Of a stretch of DNA of 64,000 bases, positions 44,101-53,262 are shown piece after piece. The notes under the pieces were generated by a model that made no database searches, was not told where the DNA came from, and was given only the letters and a program-made list of their open reading frames with translations. The stretch is taken from the NCBI GenBank assembly GCA_963737655.1, contig CAVTTN010000002.1, forward strand, positions 1,408,001-1,472,000, in the 5' to 3' direction. Numbering within the stretch: position 1 is the first letter of the stretch; the number at the start of each line of letters is the position of its first letter. Source of the DNA: an uncultured Planctomycetota bacterium (lineage in GTDB: Bacteria > Planctomycetota > Planctomycetia > Isosphaerales > Isosphaeraceae). A program made the translations under genes and the position numbers.

Positions 44101-44548
44101 GGCCGGCGTCCTTGGGCAGGCCGCCGTCGACCGACACGGTGTAGAGCTTCGGCATGAACCCTTCGCCTCGCTGGCTGACGAAGAGGACGCTCTTGCCGTC
44201 GGGCGACCAGCCGACGACCTTGTCGTCGGCCGAGTGGGTGGTCAGGGCCTTGACCGAGCCGCCCTCGGCGGGGATCAGGTAGACGTCCATGTTCCCCTCG
44301 CGATTGGAGGAGAACGCGATGGTCTTGCCGTCGGGCGAGAACCGGGGATAGACGTCGCGGGCCTTGTGGGCGGTGAGCCTCTGGATGCCCTTGCCGTCCT
44401 CGGAGGCGGTCCAGATGTCGCCGAGGTAGCAGAACGCGACCTTCCCATGCGAATAATGCGGATACCGGACCAGCTTCGCCTCGCGGGCCGAGGCGAGCCC
44501 CGCCGCGCCGAGGGTCAAGGCGAGGGCGAGCGTGGAGGCTCTCTTCAT
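41123..44548 (-). CDS. Tricorn-like S41 protease (PD40 propellers, PDZ, Gly-rich inserts)
   Basis: Signal peptide, repeated FSPDGK/WSPDG, GELNASH, VGYLHI, RFNGGG, SASNAE, T.GAVIG. Confidence 0.93.
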   Translation of the reverse strand: MKRASTLALALTLGAAGLASAREAKLVRYPHYSHGKVAFCYLGDIWTASEDGKGIQRLTAHKARDVYPRFSPDGKTIAFSSNREGNMDVYLIPAEGGSVKALTTHSADDKVVGWSPDGKSVLFVSQRGEGFMPKLYTVSVDGGLPKDAGPDMGVDGSYSPDGQKLAINRKAQSYWRKYYRGAYQSDVTVMDLGTRTFKDLTDFDGLDSWPMWSPDGFVYFVSDRDGKGLTNIWRVPESGGPAEKVTTFEAGDVRFPGMSADGKTVVFEHDFGLWKLDVASRKVEPIKLEIAAETQENLTEYREFNSEVDDFDAAPNGKRIAFAVHGEVFTAPVDEGDLVQVTEGASKDYNIEYSPDGKLIAFVSDRTGREEIYTVPADGAGDPKKVTDHDSLKPSFSWSPDSKKIAFATLDGQLLTVNADGGELKEVVASKHGSLGGFAWSPDGKWFVYSKPDATMSSDVYMIPSTGGEEKKLTFEPESERSPKFSADGKKVYFVRSEFNPESGGGGFGGRGGGSSLFVIYLEKQDKDPTEATPAATTGRGGMGGMGFPGMNPDAAPPAPAAPKEVKIDWAGLKRRTVRVTSGATVGTFTPAYDSRTIVFSGSEGGAGAGGPGGGAGAGAGGGAGLYSIQDDGKRMTRIAGPSTATPTETTGAPRGRRGGGFGGGGISNIKIARDGRTVFYQEGDGVFTASIGGGGGGGGGAAATGGGGGGGRGAGGIAAMMAAAGGTGGGGGGRKISFTAKVKIDHPAEWEEMFDDAWRTMKFRFYDPKMHNMDWDAARAKYKPLVEFVGDREELINIINEMIGELNASHTGASAGGGRRAGSDDSPGVQTGHLGFELVPDAESKLYKVGHIYEEGPADKDWIKLASGNYVVAFNGKPLKAGDDYFDLMNRRLNRKVELTINDKPGTEGSWKLKIEPISNGAYSTLVYEKWVKDRRAMVEKLSGGRVGYLHIKAMDQPSLARFRRDLGENRLKEALIIDQRFNGGGNIEQELLAILVQKPYQFWQPRGSEPTQRPFAGYFGPKVVLQNWRSASNAEMFPAGFRALGLGKVIGTPTMGAVIGTGSYSLIDGSTVRTPGVGVFLADPNHTNMENTGVKPDIFVENSPEDNLAGKDRQVEVAVQELLKQLPPQGGAVADKNED

Positions 44549-44787
44549 GATGTTCGTCCTGAGGTGGAGCATCGAGACGTCGAGGGCCGTCGGCGAGGGG
44601 TCCAATCACGGAAGGGAGAGGCCGGACCCGGCACGCTCATCGTGCCAGGGCGCGGAGGGACCACCCGGCGGGCGCGTCGCCTATTATGAGCGTCCTTCGT
44701 GCCCGATCGGCCCGAAATTCTTCCCGATTTTCCCGATTTTTCGCCAACGGAACCGGGCGGAGCGGAGTAGGCCCCGCGCCGATTGAC

Positions 44788-45189
44788 CTATGGGAAGAGT
44801 TCGAGCCTCGCCCACTGACGCCGAGCCGAGCGCTGGGCTTCGCGGTTCATCCCGAGACGGGCCACCGTCGCGCGGCCGACGGCCGTCCGGCCCACGATCG
44901 TCCCGTCCTCGACCTCGGCCCGAAAATGATCGTCCCAGGCGTCTTCCCTCGGTTGGAAGAGGCGGACTTCCTCCCCGCTCTCGGGGTCAATTCCGCTCAA
45001 AAATGCGGACTTGAGCACATTGCACGAGCGACAGGACAGGGCCCAGTTCTCGGCGACGTCGGCCCCTCCGCGACGAGGGGGGACGATGTGCTCGACCTCG
45101 AACGGGAAGTTGAAGAGGACTTCCGGGGCCCGGCAATACTCGCACCGATGCCCCGCCCGCGCCGCCACCGCCGCGTATCGGGGATTCAT
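44788..45189 (-). CDS. HNH endonuclease
   Basis: RCEYC, EVEHIVP, NWALSCRSCN..K, RLFQPREDAWDDHF. Confidence 0.9.
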   Translation of the reverse strand: MNPRYAAVAARAGHRCEYCRAPEVLFNFPFEVEHIVPPRRGGADVAENWALSCRSCNVLKSAFLSGIDPESGEEVRLFQPREDAWDDHFRAEVEDGTIVGRTAVGRATVARLGMNREAQRSARRQWARLELFP

Positions 45190-45548
45190 CGCCCCACTTC
45201 GTCGGCCAGGGCGGAGGCCCGGGCCGTCGCGGCGAGGGTCTCGGCCTCGATCAGCGACTCCAGCTCGTCCTGCTCCTGCCGAGGAAATTCCGTCCCCGAG
45301 TCCCGGGCGTCCCGCCATCGGCCCATCAGGTCGGCCAGCCGACGCTGGGCCTCGGCGTCGAAGAAGCGATCAGGCCGGAGGCCCTGGACGACGACCATCG
45401 TGCCCCTCGACGGTTCGGGCAACAGCGCGGTCAGGGCGTCGAGCGCCTCTCCGGCCGTCCGACCCAGCGATTGACGGTCGCCCGAGACGGCCCGGTACGA
45501 CACGACCCCGCCGTCCATCTCCACGGGCAGGATCGCCACCCTCGTCAT
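45186..45548 (-). CDS. Small HNH partner protein (HicB-like N-terminus)
   Basis: YRAVSG.RQSLGRTAGEALDAL; ATGA overlap with the HNH gene. Confidence 0.65.
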   Translation of the reverse strand: MTRVAILPVEMDGGVVSYRAVSGDRQSLGRTAGEALDALTALLPEPSRGTMVVVQGLRPDRFFDAEAQRRLADLMGRWRDARDSGTEFPRQEQDELESLIEAETLAATARASALADEVGR

Positions 45549-45734
45549 CGCGCCCGCCCCCGCGTCCTTTTGGCCCTCTCGGACCCTTTCAGCCTATCGA
45601 CCGTCGGAAGATCGGGCAAGAGACGGCCCCGAACCGCCGTTGACGCCCCCGGCGAGAACGAATAAATTCCCACTCGCCGCCGGAGGCCCTCGCCCTCGGC
45701 GCCTTTGCGGCCTTCACGGAGGAGCGCCCCGACG

Positions 45735-46883
45735 ATGCCTCGAATCGCCGTCCGATGGGTTCATGCGACCACGTTCTTGATCTTGATCGGCCTCGGCGGC
45801 TCGCGGGCCGACGCCGGGGCGCTGTATTCGATCACCGACCTCGGCGCCGGCGCCACGCCGACCGGGATCAGCAACGCCGGGCAGGTCGCCTACGGAGGCG
45901 CCCCCGGCTCCTACAGCACCGGCCAGGGCAGCTCCATCAGCCCGGGAGGCACCGTCGCCTACACGAACTTGAATTTCCCGGGCCTCGCCCACGTGATCCG
46001 GAACGGCCAGGACGTCAGCGCGGGCGCCGTCCCCTATTCCGGCAACACCTACGGATATTCTCACAGCAGCGCCCGCGCCGTGAACGATTCCGGCGTGGTC
46101 GTCGGCGAATCCCACTCGAACGAGCGGTTCGAGCAGGCGTTCATCTCGACCCCGGGGCCCAACGGCACCTATCAGCCCGTCTCGCTCGGCTCCAACGGAG
46201 GGACCGTGAGCGCCGCCACCGGCATCAACAACGCCGGGACCGCCATCGGCTGGACCGACGTCCCCGGCCAGTGGAAGAATCACGCCTTCGTCGGCACCTC
46301 TTCCAACGACATCGGCACCCTCGGCGGCCAGAACAGCGCCGCCACGGCCATCAACGACAAGGGCCAGGTCGTCGGCTGGTCGAACATCGCCACCGACTGG
46401 ACCCCGCCCACCAACCCGCAAAGCTACTACACGCCCCAGCCCACCCACGCCTTCCTCTACCAGAACGGCAAGATGATCGACCTCGGCACGCTCCCGGGCT
46501 ACGCCGACAGCGCCGCGACGGCCATCAACGCCTCCGGCCTGATCGTCGGCCACGTCAGCAACACCCAGGACGCGATCTACACCGGCAGCTATTCGATGTT
46601 CTCCTCGCCGGTCCACGCCGCGCTGTTCGACCCGCAGACCGGCCCGGTGGACCTCAACGGCTTGCTCCCGCCGAACTCCGGCTGGGTCCTGCAGGACGCC
46701 ACCGGGATCAACGCCTCGGGCCAGATCGTCGGCTGGGGGACGTACAACGGCCAGGAGGAGGCCTTCCTGCTGAACCCCGGCTCCGGCAGCCCGCAGGCCG
46801 TGCCCGAGCCGACCACGCTGGCTCTCTTCGGCCTCGCCCTGGCCGCGACGGCGATCCGCCGGGGCCGTCGCCGAGCGGGATGA
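45735..46883 (+). CDS. PEP-CTERM exported protein with HAF repeats
   Basis: Signal peptide, repeated A.AIND.GQVVG / HAF / DLGTL, C-terminal VPEP + TM + RRGRRR. Confidence 0.9.
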   Translation: MPRIAVRWVHATTFLILIGLGGSRADAGALYSITDLGAGATPTGISNAGQVAYGGAPGSYSTGQGSSISPGGTVAYTNLNFPGLAHVIRNGQDVSAGAVPYSGNTYGYSHSSARAVNDSGVVVGESHSNERFEQAFISTPGPNGTYQPVSLGSNGGTVSAATGINNAGTAIGWTDVPGQWKNHAFVGTSSNDIGTLGGQNSAATAINDKGQVVGWSNIATDWTPPTNPQSYYTPQPTHAFLYQNGKMIDLGTLPGYADSAATAINASGLIVGHVSNTQDAIYTGSYSMFSSPVHAALFDPQTGPVDLNGLLPPNSGWVLQDATGINASGQIVGWGTYNGQEEAFLLNPGSGSPQAVPEPTTLALFGLALAATAIRRGRRRAG

Positions 46884-46886
46884 TTC

Positions 46887-47783
46887 TCATCCGTATCGTT
46901 CCATGACCTCACATAACCGGATATGGAATGGGCCGAGCTTCCCGCCGTAATTCCCGGCCGTGATCCGCACGATCCCCGGCCGGCATCCGGCGAGAATCCC
47001 GGCGGCCGTCGCCCTTTCGACGCTCTCGAGCGTCAGGCCGTCGATCACGATTTCATACGCGCACTCGACCTCGGGCGGGAGCAGGGTCTCGACCAACCCG
47101 CGCAACGTCGGCGCGAACGCGGTGTTGGTGCTGGCGCAGAGCGCCTTGTACTTGCTCCCGACTTTCGAGCCCGATCGAGCGATCCCGCCCGGAAACGGCA
47201 GGATCACGTCGGGGACGGCCCTCATGGCCTCGGCCGCCGCCTCGGCCGCGTCGAGCGCCGCCCCGGGAGACGTCCCGAGCAGGATGATGTTGCCGCCGGC
47301 CACGCCCTTGGTCGTGCCGAACGTCTCCTCGCATGTAAATTCGCCGTCCATCACGGGGACCCGCCAGTACCGCCGCCCTTCGAGCGTCTTGCTCTTCTGC
47401 CAGCCGTCGCCGAAATAGCGCAACCGGCCGCCGACGACGATGGTCTTCTCCCCCGGGGGAATCCCATTATAGCATGCCGAAGTGGGACACGTCATCACGC
47501 ACTGGCCCACGCGGTTCGCCAGCGCCTTTTCCAGGGCGTCGCGGCTGAAGGCGAACAGCAAGACGCTCACGCCGGGCCGGCCGTCGGGCGTCTCGTCGGG
47601 ACTCAGGACCCGCTCGATGGCGGCCTCGGCGTCGCAGGCGATCACGCTCGTGCCATAGCCCGTCATCGTCCTCGCGGCGATCTCGGCCCACTTCGCCGAT
47701 TCGGCCGTGAGGATCGCCCGGGCCGCCGTCATCGGGAACGCCTCGGCGAACGTATCGGCGATCTCGACCCCACCGATCTCCAT
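46887..47783 (-). CDS. fhcD: Formylmethanofuran:H4MPT formyltransferase
   Basis: IADTFAEAF, TPDGRPG, RVGQCVMTCPT, RSGSKVGSKY, AGNYGGKLG. Confidence 0.95.
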   Translation of the reverse strand: MEIGGVEIADTFAEAFPMTAARAILTAESAKWAEIAARTMTGYGTSVIACDAEAAIERVLSPDETPDGRPGVSVLLFAFSRDALEKALANRVGQCVMTCPTSACYNGIPPGEKTIVVGGRLRYFGDGWQKSKTLEGRRYWRVPVMDGEFTCEETFGTTKGVAGGNIILLGTSPGAALDAAEAAAEAMRAVPDVILPFPGGIARSGSKVGSKYKALCASTNTAFAPTLRGLVETLLPPEVECAYEIVIDGLTLESVERATAAGILAGCRPGIVRITAGNYGGKLGPFHIRLCEVMERYG

Positions 47784-47796
47784 TTGTGGCCCTCGG

Positions 47797-47858
47797 GCTG
47801 AGTGCTGAGTGCTGAGTGCTGAGTGCTGAGTGCTGAGTGCTGAGTGCTGAGTGCTGAG
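47797..47858. repeat. Heptamer tandem repeat (GCTGAGT)x8.9
   Basis: Eight perfect copies plus 6 nt, 13 bp from the fhcD start codon. Confidence 0.95.
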
Positions 47859-47926
47859 AACGCTGGTCCGGGTTGTCCTCTCCGTCTCCTCGAATGCGGT
47901 TTTCGTTTGGGCGTGGCGGTTGACAA

Positions 47927-47985
47927 TTCGTAGGGCGGGCCCTGGCCTGCCGAGACCGACGGCAGGCTAGGGCCTGTCCTACGAA
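47927..47985. repeat. GTAG REP doublet (family of 57296-57380)
   Basis: TTCGTAGGGCGGGCCCTGGCCTGCCG...CGGCAGGCTAGGGCCTGTCCTACGAA. Confidence 0.8.
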
Positions 47986-48090
47986 GGGCGCCGAGGCCCG
48001 CTCGGAAGTCAACCGCCACGCCCAAATGAAAATCGCTCCAGTCCTCTCTGCTCCTCTCCTCTCCTCTTGGCGACCTTGGCGTCTTGGCGG

Positions 48091-49706
48091 TTAGTCCTCC
48101 TCGCTTACCGCGAAATTCGAAAATCGGATCGACGAAGACGTGTTGAACCATCGTTCGATGTCCGGGATCACCTCGCGGTCATACTCGGGAGACGAGCGGA
48201 GCAGGCTGCCCTCGGGCGCGGAGCGAGGGGAGCCGTCGTCGATCACGACCGTCCCGGATTTCAGGACGTATCGGGGCATCGAGAACATCCGCTCGATGTC
48301 CGGGTCGGGCGAATAGATCGTCACGTCGCCGTCGGCGCCCGGCCCGAGGTGCCCCTTGTTCGCCAGGCCGAGCATCCTCGCCGGCCCGGCCCTCGTGATG
48401 GTGGCGATCTCGGAAAGGCTGTATTCTCGCGAGATTTCCGCGAGCCCGACCGCGCGCGAACCTTCTCCGGCAGCGCCTTCAACGCCTCGTCGCGGCGGTT
48501 GCGATCCATCAAAAGCGCCATGATTTGCGGATAGGCCAGGAATGAGCCTCCGTTCGGATGATCGGTCGAGAGCGCGACCTTCCACGGGTCGTCCACGAGG
48601 AGGAACCACTCCAGGCCGATCGACCACTGGAGGGCGTGGACCAGGTTCTTGTCGTCGTACTCGATCGGCACCACGCCGCAGCCCGTCTCGTGCTCGATGT
48701 CCTGGCTGAACCACTTCCGGCCCGTGACCGAATGCAGGAATTGGCCGACGGCGCCGTCGGCCGTCATGCTCGTGGTCTCTCCGAACACCACCTGGCCCAC
48801 GTCCACCGTCATGCCTTCGTGAGAATTCAGGAAATCGGCCAGGATCGGCACCTGAGAATCGATCCGCCCGGGACGATCGGGCGTCCCCCCGTAGCTGTGG
48901 AACTGGATGTGGGCGAGATGGGCGCGGCGGCCGTCGAGGGCCTTCATCGTGTCGAGGGTCGTCGCGAAGTTCCCCGGGAGGCCCAGGTTCAGGCCGTGGA
49001 CGTGGACGGGATGGGGGATTTTCAGGTCATCCACCGTCTCGGCGAGCGACGTGAGGATCTGCCGGGGCGTCACGCCGAATCCTTCGATCACCTCATCCAG
49101 CGAGGAGACGTTGCCCCGTCCCTCCTTCCATCGCTCGATCCCGCCGGGGTTCACGACCTTCACGCCGAACCCGCGGGTCGCGTCCAGGAGCCAGGCCACG
49201 TAGGCGCGGAGCCGGTCGCGGTCCCCCTCGCGGACCCGGTCCATCACGTAATGGTTATTGCCCATCAGGACGAGAAATGCCTTGTCGATGCAAGGGGTGT
49301 CGCGCATCTCGTGGAGGGCGTGGCGCGCGCCCATCGGGGCGATGGCGGCGTCGAGGGCCGTCGTGTAGCCGAGCCCGGCGTACCTGTAGCCGGTGGCGAA
49401 CGTCGTCGGCACGCTCCCGCAGACGCCCGACCGGCGATCGCCGTCGCGGGGCAGGGGGCCTCCCCGGTCCTCGGGCCTCATCGCCCGGGCGGCGTTGACC
49501 TTGGATCCGGCGATGTGGCAATGAACATCCACGCCGCCCGGCATGACCACATAGCCTCGCGCATCGATCGTCCGATCGGCTCGCGCCCCGGGATCGGCGG
49601 GCGGCCCGATCACCCGACCGGCCTCGATCCAGACGTCGCGGACCTCGTCCACCCCGTGGGCCGGGTCCACCACGCGCCCCCCGGCGATCTTCACGAGCCC
49701 GCTCAT
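48091..49706 (-). CDS. fhcA: Formyltransferase/hydrolase complex subunit A (frameshift near 48450)
   Basis: PGGVDVHCHIAG, GYTT, HIQFHSYGG, LSTDHPNGG, TITRAGPARMLGL. Confidence 0.92.
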
Positions 49707-50311
49707 GGGCCGATCACCCCGGCCAGGGCCGGTGCGAAGCCCGGGAGGCGCGGCGACGTGTACGTGTCCGCCGGGCCGAGGACGCCCTCGGTATAGCCGT
49801 CGGGGCCGAGCGTCAAGACGGTCACCTTCGCCTCGAATCGATCGACGATCACGTACTCGGGAATGCCGAGCCTCTGATATTCGGCCCTCTTGTCGACATG
49901 GTCTCGCCGATGCGATCGCGCCCCGGGACCGACGAACTCGAAGACGAGGTCGGGGACACGATCGGGCGTCTTCGCCCCCGGGGCCTCCGGGACGAGGTAC
50001 ACGGCGATGTCCGGGAGGCGATCGGTCTCGCCGCCCACGCGGACCCAGCCGCCGGATCGGACCTTCTGGACCAGATCGGGGCGGGCGAATCTTTTATACA
50101 CGATCAATTCATCGCGCCAGAAATCGGACAGGTCGGCATGTTCTTCCCCTTCCGGCGACATGGCCACCACCCCCCCCTCGACCCTCTCGAACCGCCAGCC
50201 CGGCGCGAATTCCGCGCCGGCGAATTCCTCGGCCGAGAGGGATCGCCCTTCATCCTCGGGGCCGAGGACCGACCCAGGCTCGACGATCGCTTCAGGCATA
50301 GTCATGTTCAC
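49703..50311 (-). CDS. Uma2 family endonuclease
   Basis: ERVEG.VVAMSP..EH, RLPDIAV, PDLVFEFV, KRAEY..LGIPEY.IVD. Confidence 0.88.
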   Translation of the reverse strand: MNMTMPEAIVEPGSVLGPEDEGRSLSAEEFAGAEFAPGWRFERVEGGVVAMSPEGEEHADLSDFWRDELIVYKRFARPDLVQKVRSGGWVRVGGETDRLPDIAVYLVPEAPGAKTPDRVPDLVFEFVGPGARSHRRDHVDKRAEYQRLGIPEYVIVDRFEAKVTVLTLGPDGYTEGVLGPADTYTSPRLPGFAPALAGVIGP

Positions 50312-51576
50312 TCCCTCCTCGGTTCGGCCCCGCCCAGGACTCGCCGGATCTCGGCGAGGAGGCGGCGGAGCGGGGGGCGATCGGTCTTCAGGGCGGGGCG
50401 GAGGGGCAGGGCGGGGCCGTCGGACCTCATCACGTCGCCGCCTTCGTGGATGCCGAACGTCGCCGAGGCGATCGCCACGGTCGCCGGTCGCGAGGGGTCG
50501 GTCGCCCGGGGTCCGACGGCGATCGTGGGGATCGTCGCCAGGTTCGCGAGGGCCTCGGCGGAGAGGAAGTCGCGGGGGTCGTCGGCCACGATCAGGGCGG
50601 AGTCGGCCCGACGACTCCGCAGGCGGGCCTCGGCGGTCGCCTCGTCGGGCAAATATCGGGGAAAACCCCGCGAGAAATCGACCGCCACGGGCGATCCGGC
50701 CTGCCAGGTGAGCGTCGCCTCGGCCCCGGTCGGGTTGCCCGCCGAGCCGAGCGCGAGCGCGACGAACCGGCGATTCCCGCCCCCATTCAAGTCCCTGACG
50801 AGCGTCAACGCGGCCTCCGCGGCCTCCAGGCCCGCGCCGAAGACGAACGCCCCGTACCGGGCCCCGACCATCGCCGAGGCCAGCGCCCTCATCGAATCCG
50901 AGGCCGGCACGTCCTTCCCCCGGACGAGCGCCCTCAGAATCGATAATGCCTCGACGTCTTCAGGACACGGGACCGTCACGAACAGGTCGGCCCGCGCCGA
51001 GGTCGCGTTCGGCGCCCCGCCCACGACGGCCACGAAGCGACCGGCGCGCCCCTCGGGCACGAACCGGCCGATCGCATCCACGGAATAGCGTTCGAAATGG
51101 CGAGGATGGGTGGCGATCGGATCCACGCCCCAGAAAATCACCACGTCGGCACGATCTCGGACTTCGCCCCAGGTCGCCGACACCATGCCGACCCTCTGGA
51201 TCGCCCGCCACCTCGGCAGCGAGTCGGCCGAGCCCGCCGGGTCGATCGTCGCTCCCAACCGATCGGCGATCGCCACCGCCTCGGCCTGCGCCTCGAGGGT
51301 CGCGCGGGTCAGGCCCAGGATCAGGGGCGACCGGGACGCCTTGAGGATCGCGGCCGATCGGCCGATCGCCTCGTCGAGCGAGGCGGGACGGCCCTCGATG
51401 GTCGCGTCGGCGATGTCTCGATGGGAATGGTCCGCCAGGAACCACGAGACGCCGACCGGGCAGGCGCGTTCGGCCCGGACGATCCGATCGTGGTCGACGA
51501 AGATCCCGATATCATCACACAAGCACCCGCACGCGGTGCAGGTCACGTCGAGGAGGGTCGGGTCGGGCGAGGCCAT
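50308..51576 (-). CDS. fhcB: Formyltransferase/hydrolase complex subunit B
   Basis: VTCTACGCLCDD, AC..G, T.GEVRDRADVVIFWG.DP..THPRH..RYS, G.VMRSDG. Confidence 0.9.
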   Translation of the reverse strand: MASPDPTLLDVTCTACGCLCDDIGIFVDHDRIVRAERACPVGVSWFLADHSHRDIADATIEGRPASLDEAIGRSAAILKASRSPLILGLTRATLEAQAEAVAIADRLGATIDPAGSADSLPRWRAIQRVGMVSATWGEVRDRADVVIFWGVDPIATHPRHFERYSVDAIGRFVPEGRAGRFVAVVGGAPNATSARADLFVTVPCPEDVEALSILRALVRGKDVPASDSMRALASAMVGARYGAFVFGAGLEAAEAALTLVRDLNGGGNRRFVALALGSAGNPTGAEATLTWQAGSPVAVDFSRGFPRYLPDEATAEARLRSRRADSALIVADDPRDFLSAEALANLATIPTIAVGPRATDPSRPATVAIASATFGIHEGGDVMRSDGPALPLRPALKTDRPPLRRLLAEIRRVLGGAEPRRE

Positions 51577-51582
51577 CGCGGG

Positions 51583-52296
51583 TCACTCCGCCCCGGCCGG
51601 GGGATTTTCCGGGCCGACGCGCGTCTCGCGGACCCAGGCCCGGACGAGGCGAGCCCAGCGGGTATGGTCCATCCCCTCGGCCTCGCGGACCAGGCGGACG
51701 ACCTCGGCGACCGGCAGGGACGGCAGGGCGAGGCTCGCGGTCGCCTCGGCATACGTCCCATTCGGCCCCAGGACGGCCACGACGAGCCGTTCGCCGTCGA
51801 ACCGCCAGACTTCCGGGACGCCCAGGGCCGCATAAATGCCCATCTTGTTCACGGCGCTCCGGGTGATCTCGACCTCGATGCACAGGTCGGGCGGCGGGTC
51901 CACCTCCAGGTCGGCCTTCTTGCCCCGGGCGACGATCCGGTCGGCGTTGGCGAGGTAATAGCAGTCGTCCGCCTCGATCCCTTTCTCCAGGAGCTTCCGC
52001 TTCCACGTCTTCGATCGCAGGCCGAGGCAGGGGAGGTCGAGTTCCTCGACGACGGCCTGGATCAGGATGTCGAAGAGCCGAGCGAACTCCTCGTGGGGCA
52101 TCGACGGCGACATGAGTTCCAGAATCCCCCGGTCATAGGTCATCCGGGTCAGCCGGAGGCCGGCGAGCCCTCGGATCGCCTCGTACTCGTCCCACGAGAC
52201 GTGGAAGAACACGAACCGCTGGCCGGTCATGCCCGGGTCCCAGTTCGGCAGGTCGGGAGTCGTTCCGACGATCGGTTCGTCCGCGACGGTCGCCAT
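51583..52296 (-). CDS. Uma2 family endonuclease
   Basis: VSWDEY, RMTYDRG.LELMSP..HE, EADDCYY, PPPDL.IEVEIT, IYAALGVPEVWRFDG. Confidence 0.9.
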   Translation of the reverse strand: MATVADEPIVGTTPDLPNWDPGMTGQRFVFFHVSWDEYEAIRGLAGLRLTRMTYDRGILELMSPSMPHEEFARLFDILIQAVVEELDLPCLGLRSKTWKRKLLEKGIEADDCYYLANADRIVARGKKADLEVDPPPDLCIEVEITRSAVNKMGIYAALGVPEVWRFDGERLVVAVLGPNGTYAEATASLALPSLPVAEVVRLVREAEGMDHTRWARLVRAWVRETRVGPENPPAGAE

Positions 52297-52443
52297 GATC
52301 GCTGTCCCTCCGAATCGTCGCATCTCTGGACCGTCCCGCATCCTACCATGACCGCGTCCCCCGGGCGACGTCGGCTCGGGCCCCAAATCGCCCGGCCCGG
52401 AGTCTCCCTTCGGAGGCCCGGGGGCGGTAGACTGGACGTCCTT

Positions 52444-53211
52444 ATGAATCGCGCGATCCCCGACCTTCGAGACCTCCGCGCGGCCGTGATCGGCTCGACC
52501 TCGGGCATCGGCCGATCGGTGGCGCTGGCCCTGGCCGAAGCCGGAGCGTCGGTGATCGTCCACGGCCGACGGTCGCGACCGGACGCGGAGGCCGTCGCCT
52601 CGCTCTGCCGGGAGCGAGGAGGCCGGGCCGAAATCCTGATGGCCGACCTCGCCGATCGCGCCGAGGGAGACCGCCTGGTCGAATCGGCCTGGAACGCCTG
52701 GGGAGGGCTCGACGCCTGGCTCCACATCGCCGGCGCCGACACCCTGACCGGCCCCGGGGCGAAACTCGACTTCGATCAGAAGCTCGACACGCTCTTGACC
52801 GTCGATGTCGTCGCCACGATGAGGCTCTGCCGGGCCGTCGGCCGGAGGATGAAGGCCAACGGCGGAGGATCGATCGTGACGATGGGCTGGGACCAGGCCG
52901 AGACCGGGATGGAAGGGGACTCCGGCGAGTTGTTCGCCGCGACCAAGGGGGCCATCCTCGCCTTCACCAGGAGCCTCGCGCTGAGCCTCGCCCCCGAGGT
53001 CCGAGTCAACGCCGTGGCCCCCGGATGGATCAAGACCGCCTGGGGCGAATCGGCCTCCGAGACCTGGCAGGACCGCGTGATGCGAGAGACCCCGCTGAAG
53101 CGTTGGGGAACGCCCGAGGACGTGGCGAACGCCGCGCGGTTCCTCGTCTCGAACGAGGCGGGGTTCCTGACGGGGCAGGTGGTGAGGGTCAACGGCGGGG
53201 CCGTCCGTTAG
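52444..53211 (+). CDS. SDR family oxidoreductase, atypical active site (FxxxK)
   Basis: GSTSGIG, AGAD, ELFAATKG, VNAVAPGWIKT. Confidence 0.88.
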   Translation: MNRAIPDLRDLRAAVIGSTSGIGRSVALALAEAGASVIVHGRRSRPDAEAVASLCRERGGRAEILMADLADRAEGDRLVESAWNAWGGLDAWLHIAGADTLTGPGAKLDFDQKLDTLLTVDVVATMRLCRAVGRRMKANGGGSIVTMGWDQAETGMEGDSGELFAATKGAILAFTRSLALSLAPEVRVNAVAPGWIKTAWGESASETWQDRVMRETPLKRWGTPEDVANAARFLVSNEAGFLTGQVVRVNGGAVR

Positions 53212-53262
53212 GAAGGACGGGTGGATGTCTACGGCTCAGAGATCGGCCGATGATGGGCCCGC

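Noticed and set aside
40961..44689. 1242-aa plus-strand ORF and similar long antisense ORFs (1643-4393, 59146-62283, 16421-18865)
   Set aside because: Shadow frames of real genes in high-GC DNA with no recognizable motifs
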